From Nitrosopumilus maritimus SCM1 (lineage in GTDB: Archaea > Thermoproteota > Nitrososphaeria > Nitrososphaerales > Nitrosopumilaceae), in contig NC_010085.1 of assembly GCF_000018465.1 (NCBI RefSeq), positions 900,001-932,000 on the forward strand: DNA of 32,000 bases, written 5' to 3'. The notes below the pieces were generated by a model. The model worked only from the letters and a program-made list of their open reading frames with translations. It ran no database searches and had not been told where the DNA came from. Positions within the stretch are counted from its first letter, which is position 1. Each line of letters opens with the position of its first letter. Shown here piece after piece: positions 17,089-25,868 of the stretch. Position numbers and translations under genes: made by a program.

Positions 17089-18855
17089 ATGTTAAAATTC
17101 CAAGACAAAGTCGCACTGGTTACAGGAAGCGGAACAGGTATTGGAAAAGCCATCGCAACAAAATTTGTAGAAAATGGTGCAAGTGTGATTATTCTAGGTA
17201 GAAGAAAAGAACCACTTCAAGAGGCTGCAACAGAACTTGAAGGAAAAATCCCACAAGGAGTAAATGCAACAGTCAAAATTTTTGCAGGAGTAGATGTTGC
17301 AGATGAAACAGCAATGAATGAAATGTTTGACACATTAAAAAATGAAGGAACCAATGTAGATTACATTATTAACAATGCAGGAGTTTCTGGTCCTGTTACA
17401 TGTTTTGCAAATTCGCCATTAGATGAATTCAAAAGTACTATTGCAATTCATTTGACTGGAACCTTTTGGGGTTCAGTTCAAGCACTAAAAGTAATGAAAG
17501 AAGGAGGAAAAATAATTACAATTTCAACATTCTTTACTGAAGAAAAGCCTCTAGAGCAAAGACCATACAGATTTAGAAGTCCATACACAGCATCACAAGG
17601 TGCAAAGAACAGACTTGCGGAATGCATGTCATGGGAATTAACGGATAAAGGAATTATATCAATTGCAACAAATCCAGGTCCAGTTCATTCAGATAGAATT
17701 TACAAGACAGTATATCCAAAAGCAGCAGCAGAATTTATGAGAGTTAGCGGATTTGAGGACTTAACTCCAGTTCAGGTTGAAGAAGCAAAAGATGATTTAC
17801 TAGAATGTATCGAAGCAGACGGAATTAACAAAGAGGGAATTGCAAAGACAGCAGAAAAATTAGCAAATGGAAGAGATGTCGCAAAATTAACAGAGACATT
17901 TACAAATCTATTAACAAAAATTAAAACTATAGCTGAGAAAGTACAAAACAACACTTCTCACATGATTGCAAATAGAGAATTTTTGTCACAAGCACAAGTA
18001 TCTGAAACAGTTCTCAACTTGTGTGATGATGAAATTGCAAAGATTATCAACGGCAAAGTGATTCCAGGAGATAGAGTATTTTATGCAGTAAAACCTCACA
18101 TTGGAACCACAGCACCAGGAGTTCATCAACCAGACTTTACAGGAAAAGCAGTAGTCTTTACCATTGATGGAACAGACAAGACAGATGCAGAAAGAGTTGA
18201 ATTTTTGGCAAGCCATGTTGAGAAAAATGGCGGTAAAGTTGCATGTTTCATTTCACAATCAACACCTCAAGAAATTCAGGATTCTATTAGTGGAAAATTC
18301 CACTCTCATGTAGTAGATATCAAGAATCCTGAGGAAGTAGAAAGATGGTTAAACACTGCCAAGACAAACATTGGAGAAATCCTAGCAGTGGTTCATGTTA
18401 CAGGTAAACTACCAGAAGTAGGAAATCTAACTGAACTAACCAGAGCAGGCTGGGAAGAATTAGTTGCAAAATTCATATCAACACCAGCAACTGTTGCCCA
18501 AAAAGCACTAGAGCAATTTGTCCCAGGAGGAGGAAAAGATCCAAGACTCTACAAAGACAAAACAGGTTCTATCATGATTATTGGTCCAGACTTGCCAGTT
18601 GGAAAAAAAGTTTCAGGAACACAAAGAGCACAAGTGGAAGTTTTCAGAGGAGCATTAAGACCATTTACAACAACAGTTAATCAAGAATTAAGTGACGTAC
18701 TAAAATCTAAAATCAGAATGTTTACTGTATTCCCAGGTTCTGTAACAGGAATAGAGCCAGACAATCAAAAAATTGCGGATGCATTTAATTTCCTAGTATC
18801 AGAAAATTCTGCTTCATCATCTGAAGTAACTTTCTGTGTTGACGAATCAAGATAA
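17089..18855 (+). CDS. tandem short-chain dehydrogenase/reductase-like protein (two Rossmann-like domains; malonyl-CoA-reductase-C-like layout). ATG start at 17089 preferred over TTG at 17074
   Basis: MLKFQDKVALVTGSGTGIGKAIATKF; IINNAGVSG; PYTASQGAK; ATNPGPVHSDRIYKTVYPK; second region KAVVFTIDGTDKTDAERVEFLASHVEKNGGKVACFIS... Confidence 0.9.
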   Translation: MLKFQDKVALVTGSGTGIGKAIATKFVENGASVIILGRRKEPLQEAATELEGKIPQGVNATVKIFAGVDVADETAMNEMFDTLKNEGTNVDYIINNAGVSGPVTCFANSPLDEFKSTIAIHLTGTFWGSVQALKVMKEGGKIITISTFFTEEKPLEQRPYRFRSPYTASQGAKNRLAECMSWELTDKGIISIATNPGPVHSDRIYKTVYPKAAAEFMRVSGFEDLTPVQVEEAKDDLLECIEADGINKEGIAKTAEKLANGRDVAKLTETFTNLLTKIKTIAEKVQNNTSHMIANREFLSQAQVSETVLNLCDDEIAKIINGKVIPGDRVFYAVKPHIGTTAPGVHQPDFTGKAVVFTIDGTDKTDAERVEFLASHVEKNGGKVACFISQSTPQEIQDSISGKFHSHVVDIKNPEEVERWLNTAKTNIGEILAVVHVTGKLPEVGNLTELTRAGWEELVAKFISTPATVAQKALEQFVPGGGKDPRLYKDKTGSIMIIGPDLPVGKKVSGTQRAQVEVFRGALRPFTTTVNQELSDVLKSKIRMFTVFPGSVTGIEPDNQKIADAFNFLVSENSASSSEVTFCVDESR

Positions 18856-18857
18856 GA

Positions 18858-19307
18858 ATGAAAAAATTTTCAGAGTTTAGAGTAGGTGATGCATTTCACT
18901 CTACATGCAGCATTTCAGAAAAAGAATTAGAAGAATACCTAAATTTTTCAAGAGTTAGAAATGCATTCTTGGAAGACAAACAGAAAGGTGAGCAAATTGT
19001 TTCAGGACGAGCAATCTTATCTAGAATGGAAGGAGAATTTACAAGACTAAGTCAGATTTATGGAAATCATATTATTTTTCTTGGAACAGATGGAGATCCA
19101 GACTGGAAGAATAGAAACACACGATTTCTCAAACCATTATACACAGATCAAGTTTTGAAATTAAAATTCACAATATCACAAGTAGAAGATATGGACGATG
19201 AATTTGGAAAGATAGGAGTAGATTATGAAGGGACAGATAACGAGGGGGAAACAATAGTACTGTCTAAAAGAAACATCTACAGAATCAAAAAAGAGCCTCC
19301 AAGATAA
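18858..19307 (+). CDS. MaoC-like hot-dog fold protein
   Basis: FSEFRVGDAFHSTCSISEKELEEYLNFSRVRNAFLEDK...IVSGRAILSRMEGEFTRLSQIYGNHIIFLG; starts 2 nt after the SDR stop. Confidence 0.75.
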   Translation: MKKFSEFRVGDAFHSTCSISEKELEEYLNFSRVRNAFLEDKQKGEQIVSGRAILSRMEGEFTRLSQIYGNHIIFLGTDGDPDWKNRNTRFLKPLYTDQVLKLKFTISQVEDMDDEFGKIGVDYEGTDNEGETIVLSKRNIYRIKKEPPR

Positions 19308-19386
19308 AACAAGCTTTGATTCAAATACGATACATGAAAATAATCATATTCGTTTAAATACTCTTAAGGTAAGATCTACTTAAGGT

Positions 19387-19764
19387 ATGAAAATTTTACA
19401 CATAGATGATAATGCTACTTTCACAGAAGTACTCTCAAAATTATTGGAACTGCATGATCACACATGTGATGTCTCAAATGATGGAAAAGAGGCACTGCAA
19501 ATGGCTTTGACAAACAAGTATGATGCCATAATTTTAGATTTAGACATGCCAGAATTTACTGGAAATGATTTCATCGATGAGTTAGTAAAGGTAGGAGTCA
19601 TTTCATCGCAAAATATTATTGTCTTGACAGGGTTATTGCCATCTGAACAAGAAGTACAAGACATGATTAGTAAAGGAGTCAAGATATGTGTTGAGAAACC
19701 AATTTCAATTGAAAAACTAAACGACATACTTGTATCATTGACAATCAAACCTTCTACTAGTTAG
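19387..19764 (+). CDS. single-domain response regulator receiver (CheY-like)
   Basis: MKILHIDDNATFTEVL...YDAIILDLDMPEFTGNDF...IIVLTG...KICVEKPISIEKL; acidic pair, phospho-Asp, Thr and Lys in place. Confidence 0.93.
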   Translation: MKILHIDDNATFTEVLSKLLELHDHTCDVSNDGKEALQMALTNKYDAIILDLDMPEFTGNDFIDELVKVGVISSQNIIVLTGLLPSEQEVQDMISKGVKICVEKPISIEKLNDILVSLTIKPSTS

Positions 19765-19768
19765 AGAC

Positions 19769-21361
19769 ATGAAATTATTTTACAGAAATGCAATTGTTCT
19801 TAGTACATTAAATATTGCAGTAGTACTTATCCTTGCAGGAATAGTTTTTGAAAGCATCAAAAATGACAAAGTAGAAAATATTTTATCTGAAAAACAATTT
19901 GAAATAAATTTCAAAGCAGCGGATTTTAGAGATTTGGTTCGTTCAAACATAGAGCAAACAAAACTGCTATCAATTATGCCAGAGATTCAAGGGATTGTAA
20001 AGTTTACAGATTATGGCAGTTCGGGAAGCTTTCAATTTGATGAAGGGTTTTGGTCAGAGTTATTAGAAGAAAAATTCACAGAAATTATAAAAAACAATCC
20101 AAATATCCATCAAATTCAAATTTTTAGTTTTAACGGAAATGAAATCATACATATTTTTTCAGAGAATAGTGGACTACACGTAGAAGATAGTAATGAACTC
20201 AAACATTCAATGAGTAACGATGTGTTACAAAAAGTAACAAAGTTACAAAATAATGAAGTGGAAATATCAAGTATAAAACTTAGTGAAGTAAATAACAAAA
20301 TCGAAGTTCCTCACAAACCAATTCTCGAGGTAACTACGCCAATTTTTCTTAGTAATGATGAACAATTAGGATATTTGAAAATCACTTATGACATGCAAGA
20401 TTTTTTGTATGAACTCAGTCAGAGTGCAAGTGGAAAAATGCTAACAATAGACAATAAAGGATATTTCATTGATCATCCCGATAAATCAAAAATATTTGGC
20501 GATAAATTAGGCACAGGTATCAATTATTTTTCAGATCAGCCAGAATTGAAGAAAAATTTGGAGATATCAGATAATAAATTCCACTATGATGAAGATGAGC
20601 AAGAATATAGGATATGGAACAAGATATCTTATGACAAAAATGATACATCAAATTATTGGGTGGTAGTATCAGTAACTACAGAAGAAGAATTATTTTTGTC
20701 AGTTGAGCAATTGAGGTCAGACGTACAACTAGTCATGATTCCCTTTTTGGCAATAACAATAGTTGTCACCATAATAATTTCAAGACACATGTCAAAACCA
20801 ATCGAAGTTCTAACTGAAAAAATTCTCAAAATAAAAAAAGGGGAGAGTGGAGATTTGATCAATATCAAAGGAAATAATGAGATTTCTCAACTTGGTAATG
20901 CATTTAACAAGATGACAAAATCGTTAAGTCAATCACAGCACACATTAAAAGAATACGAGCAGGCAATGAAAAGCAGTCTTGCAGATGCCAAGAAATTTTA
21001 CAATCAAATAGACCAATCAACTGCAATATCAAAATTTGACATTAATGGAGACTTGACATATGTTAATGAAAAATTCTGCAAGATGACAAAATATACTAAA
21101 GAAGAGTTAATGGGACAAAATCAAAAGATTCTAAGATCAGGATATCATGATGAAAAGTTTTATCGTGAAATGTGGAAAACCATTCTATCAGGAAAGATCT
21201 GGACAGGGAATTTAAAAAATAAAGCAAAAGACGGTTCATATTTTTGGGAAAAAAAGATCATAATTCCAGATGAAAACTCTGAAAATGAGATTATTGGATT
21301 TTTAGCAATTCAAATTGACATACAAGATCTGATGGAAAAAAATTCAAAGGATTGGACATAA
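19769..21361 (+). CDS. membrane sensor protein: extracellular cache-like domain, HAMP, PAS; no histidine kinase domain
   Basis: TM1 AIVLSTLNIAVVLILAGIVF; TM2 VMIPFLAITIVVTIIISRHM; HAMP SKPIEVLTEKILKIKKGESGDL; PAS TAISKFDINGDLTYVNEKFCKMTKYTKEELMGQNQKILRSGYH; stops right after PAS. Confidence 0.9.
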   Translation: MKLFYRNAIVLSTLNIAVVLILAGIVFESIKNDKVENILSEKQFEINFKAADFRDLVRSNIEQTKLLSIMPEIQGIVKFTDYGSSGSFQFDEGFWSELLEEKFTEIIKNNPNIHQIQIFSFNGNEIIHIFSENSGLHVEDSNELKHSMSNDVLQKVTKLQNNEVEISSIKLSEVNNKIEVPHKPILEVTTPIFLSNDEQLGYLKITYDMQDFLYELSQSASGKMLTIDNKGYFIDHPDKSKIFGDKLGTGINYFSDQPELKKNLEISDNKFHYDEDEQEYRIWNKISYDKNDTSNYWVVVSVTTEEELFLSVEQLRSDVQLVMIPFLAITIVVTIIISRHMSKPIEVLTEKILKIKKGESGDLINIKGNNEISQLGNAFNKMTKSLSQSQHTLKEYEQAMKSSLADAKKFYNQIDQSTAISKFDINGDLTYVNEKFCKMTKYTKEELMGQNQKILRSGYHDEKFYREMWKTILSGKIWTGNLKNKAKDGSYFWEKKIIIPDENSENEIIGFLAIQIDIQDLMEKNSKDWT

Positions 21362-21428
21362 GAATTAAAAAATACAAAACAAAAACTTTGATTTCATTTG
21401 TTGATTAAAAATTTGTAAGTTCAGAAAA

Positions 21429-24179
21429 TTAAGGAGTAGATTCAGTAGTTCTGATAACAGTGCACACGCCATCAATTAGTTTAGTGCCAGTACCACAGAA
21501 ACCATACACCTTTTGAGGCTCTCCAGAATCATGAAAATCAACTGCTTGACCTATTGAAGAGTATTGAGAATAATTATCATCAAACCACTTCTGGAATTTT
21601 TGATCAATGTTGTAACGTGCAACATAATAGTATGGATCCATTGATTCATCTACAAAATCAGCAGGAATTTGTGGAGGTTTCTCTAATCCGACTGCCTGAT
21701 AAATTGAATCGTATTCTGAATAATTGTCATCAAACCACTTCTTGTAATTTGGTTCATTGTTGTATCGGTCAACATAGTTTTGAGGGTCTACAGATTCATC
21801 CACAAATGAAGCCAGTCCCAATTCACCAGGTTCTGTCTTTACAGGTTCAGATGTTGGCTCGGAGGTTGGTTCAGATATGGGTTCTGAAACAGATGAGTCA
21901 TTTACTTTAATCTCTATTGTTTGGGAATCAAATAATTCATTTTTCCTAACTTCAACTACAATATTGTATGTCTGACCACCATCAGAAGATGAAGGTGTCC
22001 ATGCAAATGCACCAGTGTTTGAGATTATTTTTGCACCAGAAGGAGCATTCTTTAGACTAAACACAGGATCTTTGATTGTATTATCAGTTAGTTTAACTGC
22101 AAATGACAGCAATTGGCCTTCATTTACTGTCAATTTGCCCATAGGACTGAGTGCAAGACCAGTAATCTTGGCAGTTGCAGATGATTCATTTGAAGGTTCA
22201 CTAACACCTACAGAGTTTATTGCTGAAACTCTATACGCATATTTTGAATTCTCTACAAGCTCAGAGTGAACATATGTTGTAGAAGAGTTTTGGGTGTCTT
22301 CAACTACAGTACTAAAAGAACCATTATCTTTTTTAGATTCAATCTTGTATCCGGTAATTTCAGAATTGCCATCATCAGTAGGAGAGACCCATGTGAGAGT
22401 TATAGAAGTGGAAGTTTTGGTAGATGCGGTTAATTTGATAGGTGATGAAGGAACAGTCATATCTACAGATGTTGAAACTAGTGGATCTTCAGTAGTATCA
22501 GTAGAATCGGATCTAGGGGTTGCAGAGGCAGTGTTTGATTCCCCTGTTTGACCAAATCCAATATTTGCAGTAACTGCATACGTGTAAGTTTTGTCAGTTG
22601 CCAAATTAGAAACAACATATGTCAAAGTCTGTCCATTAGTACTTCCAACATCATCATAAACGCCAGGAGTAAGTACGCGTTTTATGTTGTATCCGCTAAT
22701 TGATTGTTGGAATGTTTCAGAAGGTGCCATCCATGAAAGTTTTATCTGACTAGGAGAAATTGCAGAGGCAGTTAATGCTACAGGAGTGGTTGTGGATTCT
22801 GGTTTAACTGTAGCAATTGATGATGCACTACTAGTTCCCACAGAGTTGATAGAATATACACGGTAACTGTAGGTTTCACTTTCAGATAATCCATCATGAA
22901 CAAATGAAAATACATTGCTAGATGCATCAGGAGTTATCGCAATATAGTTTTCAGAACCTATCCTATACTCAATCTTGTATCCAGTAATTTCTGGAATGGT
23001 TTCATGTTGTTCAGGAGCATCCCAAGTAAGAATAATAGATGTAGGGGAAACAGGAGATGCATCAACATTTACTGGTTTTTCAGGGGTTTGCACGGCAGGT
23101 TCAGAGTTTAGATCAAACACTTGAATTCGGTCATTTTTAGAATCTGCAACATATAACAAATCATTAGAATTGTCTAAAGCAATTCCAAGAGGAGAATCAA
23201 ACTGTCCATCGGCTGTTCCAGTAGAGCCAAACTCATCTACAAAACACACGCCATCAATAATTTCATCGGTACCATCAGGACACGTAGTTCCATCAACAAT
23301 CTCAAAAATTTGGATTCGGTCATTGTCAGAATCTGAAACATATAACAAATCATTTTCAGAATTTAATGCCAAGCCAGAAGGATCATCAAATTCACCTTCA
23401 TCATCTCCCGAAGAGCCGAATTCTTTGACATAACATATTCCATCTACTGATTCTATTGTACCATCAGGACACGTAGTTCCATCAACAATCTCAAAAATGA
23501 CTATTCTATCATTTCCAGAATCTGCAACATATAACAAATCATTAGAATTGTCAATGATCATTTCACTTGGATTTGTAAAATCATCATTTCCGTTAAAAGA
23601 GTCAAAATCAAATAGAAAATTTCCAGTAGAGCCAAAAACAGAGATTGAGTCATTTTCAGTGTTTGAAACAAATATTTTTCTTGAAGAATCTTGAATTGTC
23701 ACACCTTGTGCACCGCCAAGATATTCATCGTCACCACTATCAGATGAACCAAGTTTGAATTGGAATTCTCCATCATCGTCAAATACTTGTACTCGCTCGT
23801 TTTCAGAATCTACTACAAAAAATTTACCTAATGCATCCATAGCAATGTAAAGAGGAGTGTTAAACTGTCCATCTCCATCTTCTTCAGCGCCATCAGCATT
23901 ATCATTACAATCTTGAATTTGTGCTACATTACAGAAAGTACCATATAGAAAATCAGCATCACCATCATCATCAAATACGTTTATTCGATTATTGTTGTTA
24001 TCTACAACATAAATTTCCCGCCCATTACTTTTCACTATAACATCAGTAGGATTATCCAGTTCATCGTCATCAGAACCAAGAGTTCCAAATTTGAATGAAA
24101 ATTCCACATCAGCATATGCAGTCGGGATTATTGCAATCATTCCAATCAAAAACAGGCTTAAAACAAGATTTTTTTCCAA
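21429..24179 (-). CDS. large secreted protein: NHL/beta-propeller repeats, FN3 domains, Ig/cadherin-like domain, Pro/Glu/Ser/Thr linker, two ~45-aa C-terminal repeats
   Basis: Signal peptide MEKNLVLSLFLIGMIAIIPTAYA; repeated NDLLYVADSGNDRI...F; SPTSIILTWDAP / SPSQIKLSWMAP / TSTSITLTWVSP; PISEPTSEPTSEPTSEP; FVDESVDPxxYVxRYN repeats. Confidence 0.92.
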   Translation of the reverse strand: MEKNLVLSLFLIGMIAIIPTAYADVEFSFKFGTLGSDDDELDNPTDVIVKSNGREIYVVDNNNNRINVFDDDGDADFLYGTFCNVAQIQDCNDNADGAEEDGDGQFNTPLYIAMDALGKFFVVDSENERVQVFDDDGEFQFKLGSSDSGDDEYLGGAQGVTIQDSSRKIFVSNTENDSISVFGSTGNFLFDFDSFNGNDDFTNPSEMIIDNSNDLLYVADSGNDRIVIFEIVDGTTCPDGTIESVDGICYVKEFGSSGDDEGEFDDPSGLALNSENDLLYVSDSDNDRIQIFEIVDGTTCPDGTDEIIDGVCFVDEFGSTGTADGQFDSPLGIALDNSNDLLYVADSKNDRIQVFDLNSEPAVQTPEKPVNVDASPVSPTSIILTWDAPEQHETIPEITGYKIEYRIGSENYIAITPDASSNVFSFVHDGLSESETYSYRVYSINSVGTSSASSIATVKPESTTTPVALTASAISPSQIKLSWMAPSETFQQSISGYNIKRVLTPGVYDDVGSTNGQTLTYVVSNLATDKTYTYAVTANIGFGQTGESNTASATPRSDSTDTTEDPLVSTSVDMTVPSSPIKLTASTKTSTSITLTWVSPTDDGNSEITGYKIESKKDNGSFSTVVEDTQNSSTTYVHSELVENSKYAYRVSAINSVGVSEPSNESSATAKITGLALSPMGKLTVNEGQLLSFAVKLTDNTIKDPVFSLKNAPSGAKIISNTGAFAWTPSSSDGGQTYNIVVEVRKNELFDSQTIEIKVNDSSVSEPISEPTSEPTSEPVKTEPGELGLASFVDESVDPQNYVDRYNNEPNYKKWFDDNYSEYDSIYQAVGLEKPPQIPADFVDESMDPYYYVARYNIDQKFQKWFDDNYSQYSSIGQAVDFHDSGEPQKVYGFCGTGTKLIDGVCTVIRTTESTP
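21540..21812 (-). repeat. Two protein-level tandem repeats of ~45 aa (FVDES[VM]DPxxYVxRYNxxxxxxKWFDDNYSxYxSIxQAV)
   Basis: FVDESVDPQNYVDRYNNEPNYKKWFDDNYSEYDSIYQAVGL and FVDESMDPYYYVARYNIDQKFQKWFDDNYSQYSSIGQAVDF; coordinates approximate. Confidence 0.85.
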
Positions 24180-24288
24180 TTTAATGTCAATTTACGCTGA
24201 TTTTTAATAAATTAGAAGAAAAAAATCATCGGTCTTTTGATCAATTAGATTAACCCATATTTGTTCATCATTTGTTGTAAGTAAAATA

Positions 24289-24337
24289 CAGGAGAGCCGA
24301 CTAGTCTCCCCCGCCCTCAGATCATAAGACCTGACGA
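24289..24337 (-). ncRNA. candidate structured small RNA or 5' leader element with two hairpins
   Basis: Minus strand GUCAGGUCUUAUGAUCUGAGGGCGGGGGAGACUAGUCGGCUCUCCUG: stem CAGGUC/GAUCUG (loop UUAU) and stem GGGAGA/UCUCCU; GC-rich inside AT-rich gap; TATA-like TTTTATAC upstream. Confidence 0.4.
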
Positions 24338-24358
24338 ACAATATACATTACAAAATTT

Positions 24359-24366
24359 GTATAAAA
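24359..24366 (-). promoter_or_regulatory. possible TATA box (TTTTATAC on minus strand) about 25 nt upstream of the candidate RNA
   Basis: Spacing fits an archaeal promoter, but such strings are common in this AT-rich DNA. Confidence 0.3.
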
Positions 24367-24386
24367 GCACAAAGAAAATTTTGAGC

Positions 24387-25172
24387 CTAAAATCCTAACA
24401 AAACAGAATTTCCAGTTAAAGAATCAAAGAACAATTTTCCTGCGGCAATCAAGATAACTACTGAAACCAAAATTTGGAGAGATCTTTCTTTGATATCAAT
24501 AGATAGTCTTGCTCCGACTAGTCCACCAATAAAAGAACCAATTGCAAGTAGGCCAGATTGAAGAAAATCAGGATGGCCCAACAAGCTATGAACAATTACT
24601 CCTGATGATGAAGCAAATAGTAGTATCATTTGAGAAGTGGGGGCAGCTTTTTTCATTGTCATACCCATACCAACTACCATCAATGGAACAAACACGATTC
24701 CTCCACCTATTCCAAAGAAAGAAGATATGATTCCTGCAAAGAAACTAGCACCTATTGCAAAAATCATCATTTGTAAAGAAATTTTCTTTTCTTTTGATTC
24801 GATTTTCTTTCTCAAGAAGATATAAGCAGCAGACGCAATTAATACAAATCCAAACAGTGCCTTGAAAATATCAGAACCTACATCACTAGAAACAATTGCA
24901 CCTAATATGGTTCCAGGAACAGATAACAATCCGAGCTTCAATCCTAAAGAATATTCAATTCGTTTTTGTTTAGAATAAGACATAGTTGATGCAACAGCAT
25001 TACTAAGAGCTGCAAAAAGACTATTACTTGCAGCAGCAGTTGGAGGGAATCCTAGAAAAGTCAAAACAGGAACAACAATAACACCTCCACCCAATCCAAT
25101 CATAGAACCCAACACACCTGCCGCAAATCCTAATGGAATAAGCCATAGTTGATCAATCATATCAATCGCCAA
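24387..25172 (-). CDS. TauE/SafE-family membrane permease
   Basis: GFAAGVLGSMIGLGGGVIVVPVLTFLGFPPTAAASNSLFA...FFAGIISSFFGIGGGIVFVPLMVV, repeated glycine-rich motif with multiple TM segments. Confidence 0.93.
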   Translation of the reverse strand: MAIDMIDQLWLIPLGFAAGVLGSMIGLGGGVIVVPVLTFLGFPPTAAASNSLFAALSNAVASTMSYSKQKRIEYSLGLKLGLLSVPGTILGAIVSSDVGSDIFKALFGFVLIASAAYIFLRKKIESKEKKISLQMMIFAIGASFFAGIISSFFGIGGGIVFVPLMVVGMGMTMKKAAPTSQMILLFASSSGVIVHSLLGHPDFLQSGLLAIGSFIGGLVGARLSIDIKERSLQILVSVVILIAAGKLFFDSLTGNSVLLGF

Positions 25173-25195
25173 TCAAATAATTTTGTTGTATATAA

Positions 25196-25837
25196 TTAGA
25201 GGTGCTTTGTAATGATTAATGTCTGCAATACAGAATCATCTTTTGTAGTAATCTCTAAGAGAATTTCAGTGTCGGCCAAATTATCAATTTTTGATTTGAT
25301 GTTACGCTTGTCGGAGTCATAATAGAAAGTATGAACAGCGTCTAACCATTCAGGAATGGATTCAAACTCAGTAGATTCTTCTTCCCAGCAATCACAAACA
25401 AGCGTTTGGATCACAGTCTCAAATATTGCATACGTCATTTCTTTATCAGATTCCAAAGTATTGGTTTCAAGATTGGCAATTGCCATAATCGGGGATGCAG
25501 TACTTCCACCAACGTTGATATTTCCGATAGTATCACCATTAGAATTTAAGACAGCAGTAGTGGTACAATATTCTACATTTTTTGGAAGTCCTTTTTCAAA
25601 AAATGTACAGTATTGACTAATAGTATGATCAGTTATTGCAGTTGGAGATGAAACAAAAATGTCATGTTCTTTTAGAGATGTTTGGATATCTTCAATATCA
25701 TAATAAGTAAAACCAGAATTATAAATTGGAGTGGTAAGTGATTCAGTAGATTCTTCAGGAATTAACATTGCATATGATGCAACAGCTGCAATTCCAAGAA
25801 TAATTGGAATAATAATTAATTTATTCACAAACAACAA
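25196..25837 (-). CDS. conserved hypothetical exported or membrane-anchored protein (213 aa)
   Basis: N-terminal hydrophobic segment LIIIPIILGIAAVASYAMLIPEES. Confidence 0.75.
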   Translation of the reverse strand: MLFVNKLIIIPIILGIAAVASYAMLIPEESTESLTTPIYNSGFTYYDIEDIQTSLKEHDIFVSSPTAITDHTISQYCTFFEKGLPKNVEYCTTTAVLNSNGDTIGNINVGGSTASPIMAIANLETNTLESDKEMTYAIFETVIQTLVCDCWEEESTEFESIPEWLDAVHTFYYDSDKRNIKSKIDNLADTEILLEITTKDDSVLQTLIITKHL

Positions 25838-25868
25838 ATCTGTTATGCAAAGATAAGGTTTTGCAATT

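Noticed and set aside
24289-24337. Interpretation of the GC-rich island as a C/D box guide RNA
   Set aside because: A CTGA-like D box can be found, but there is no convincing RUGAUGA C box or paired C'/D' motif.
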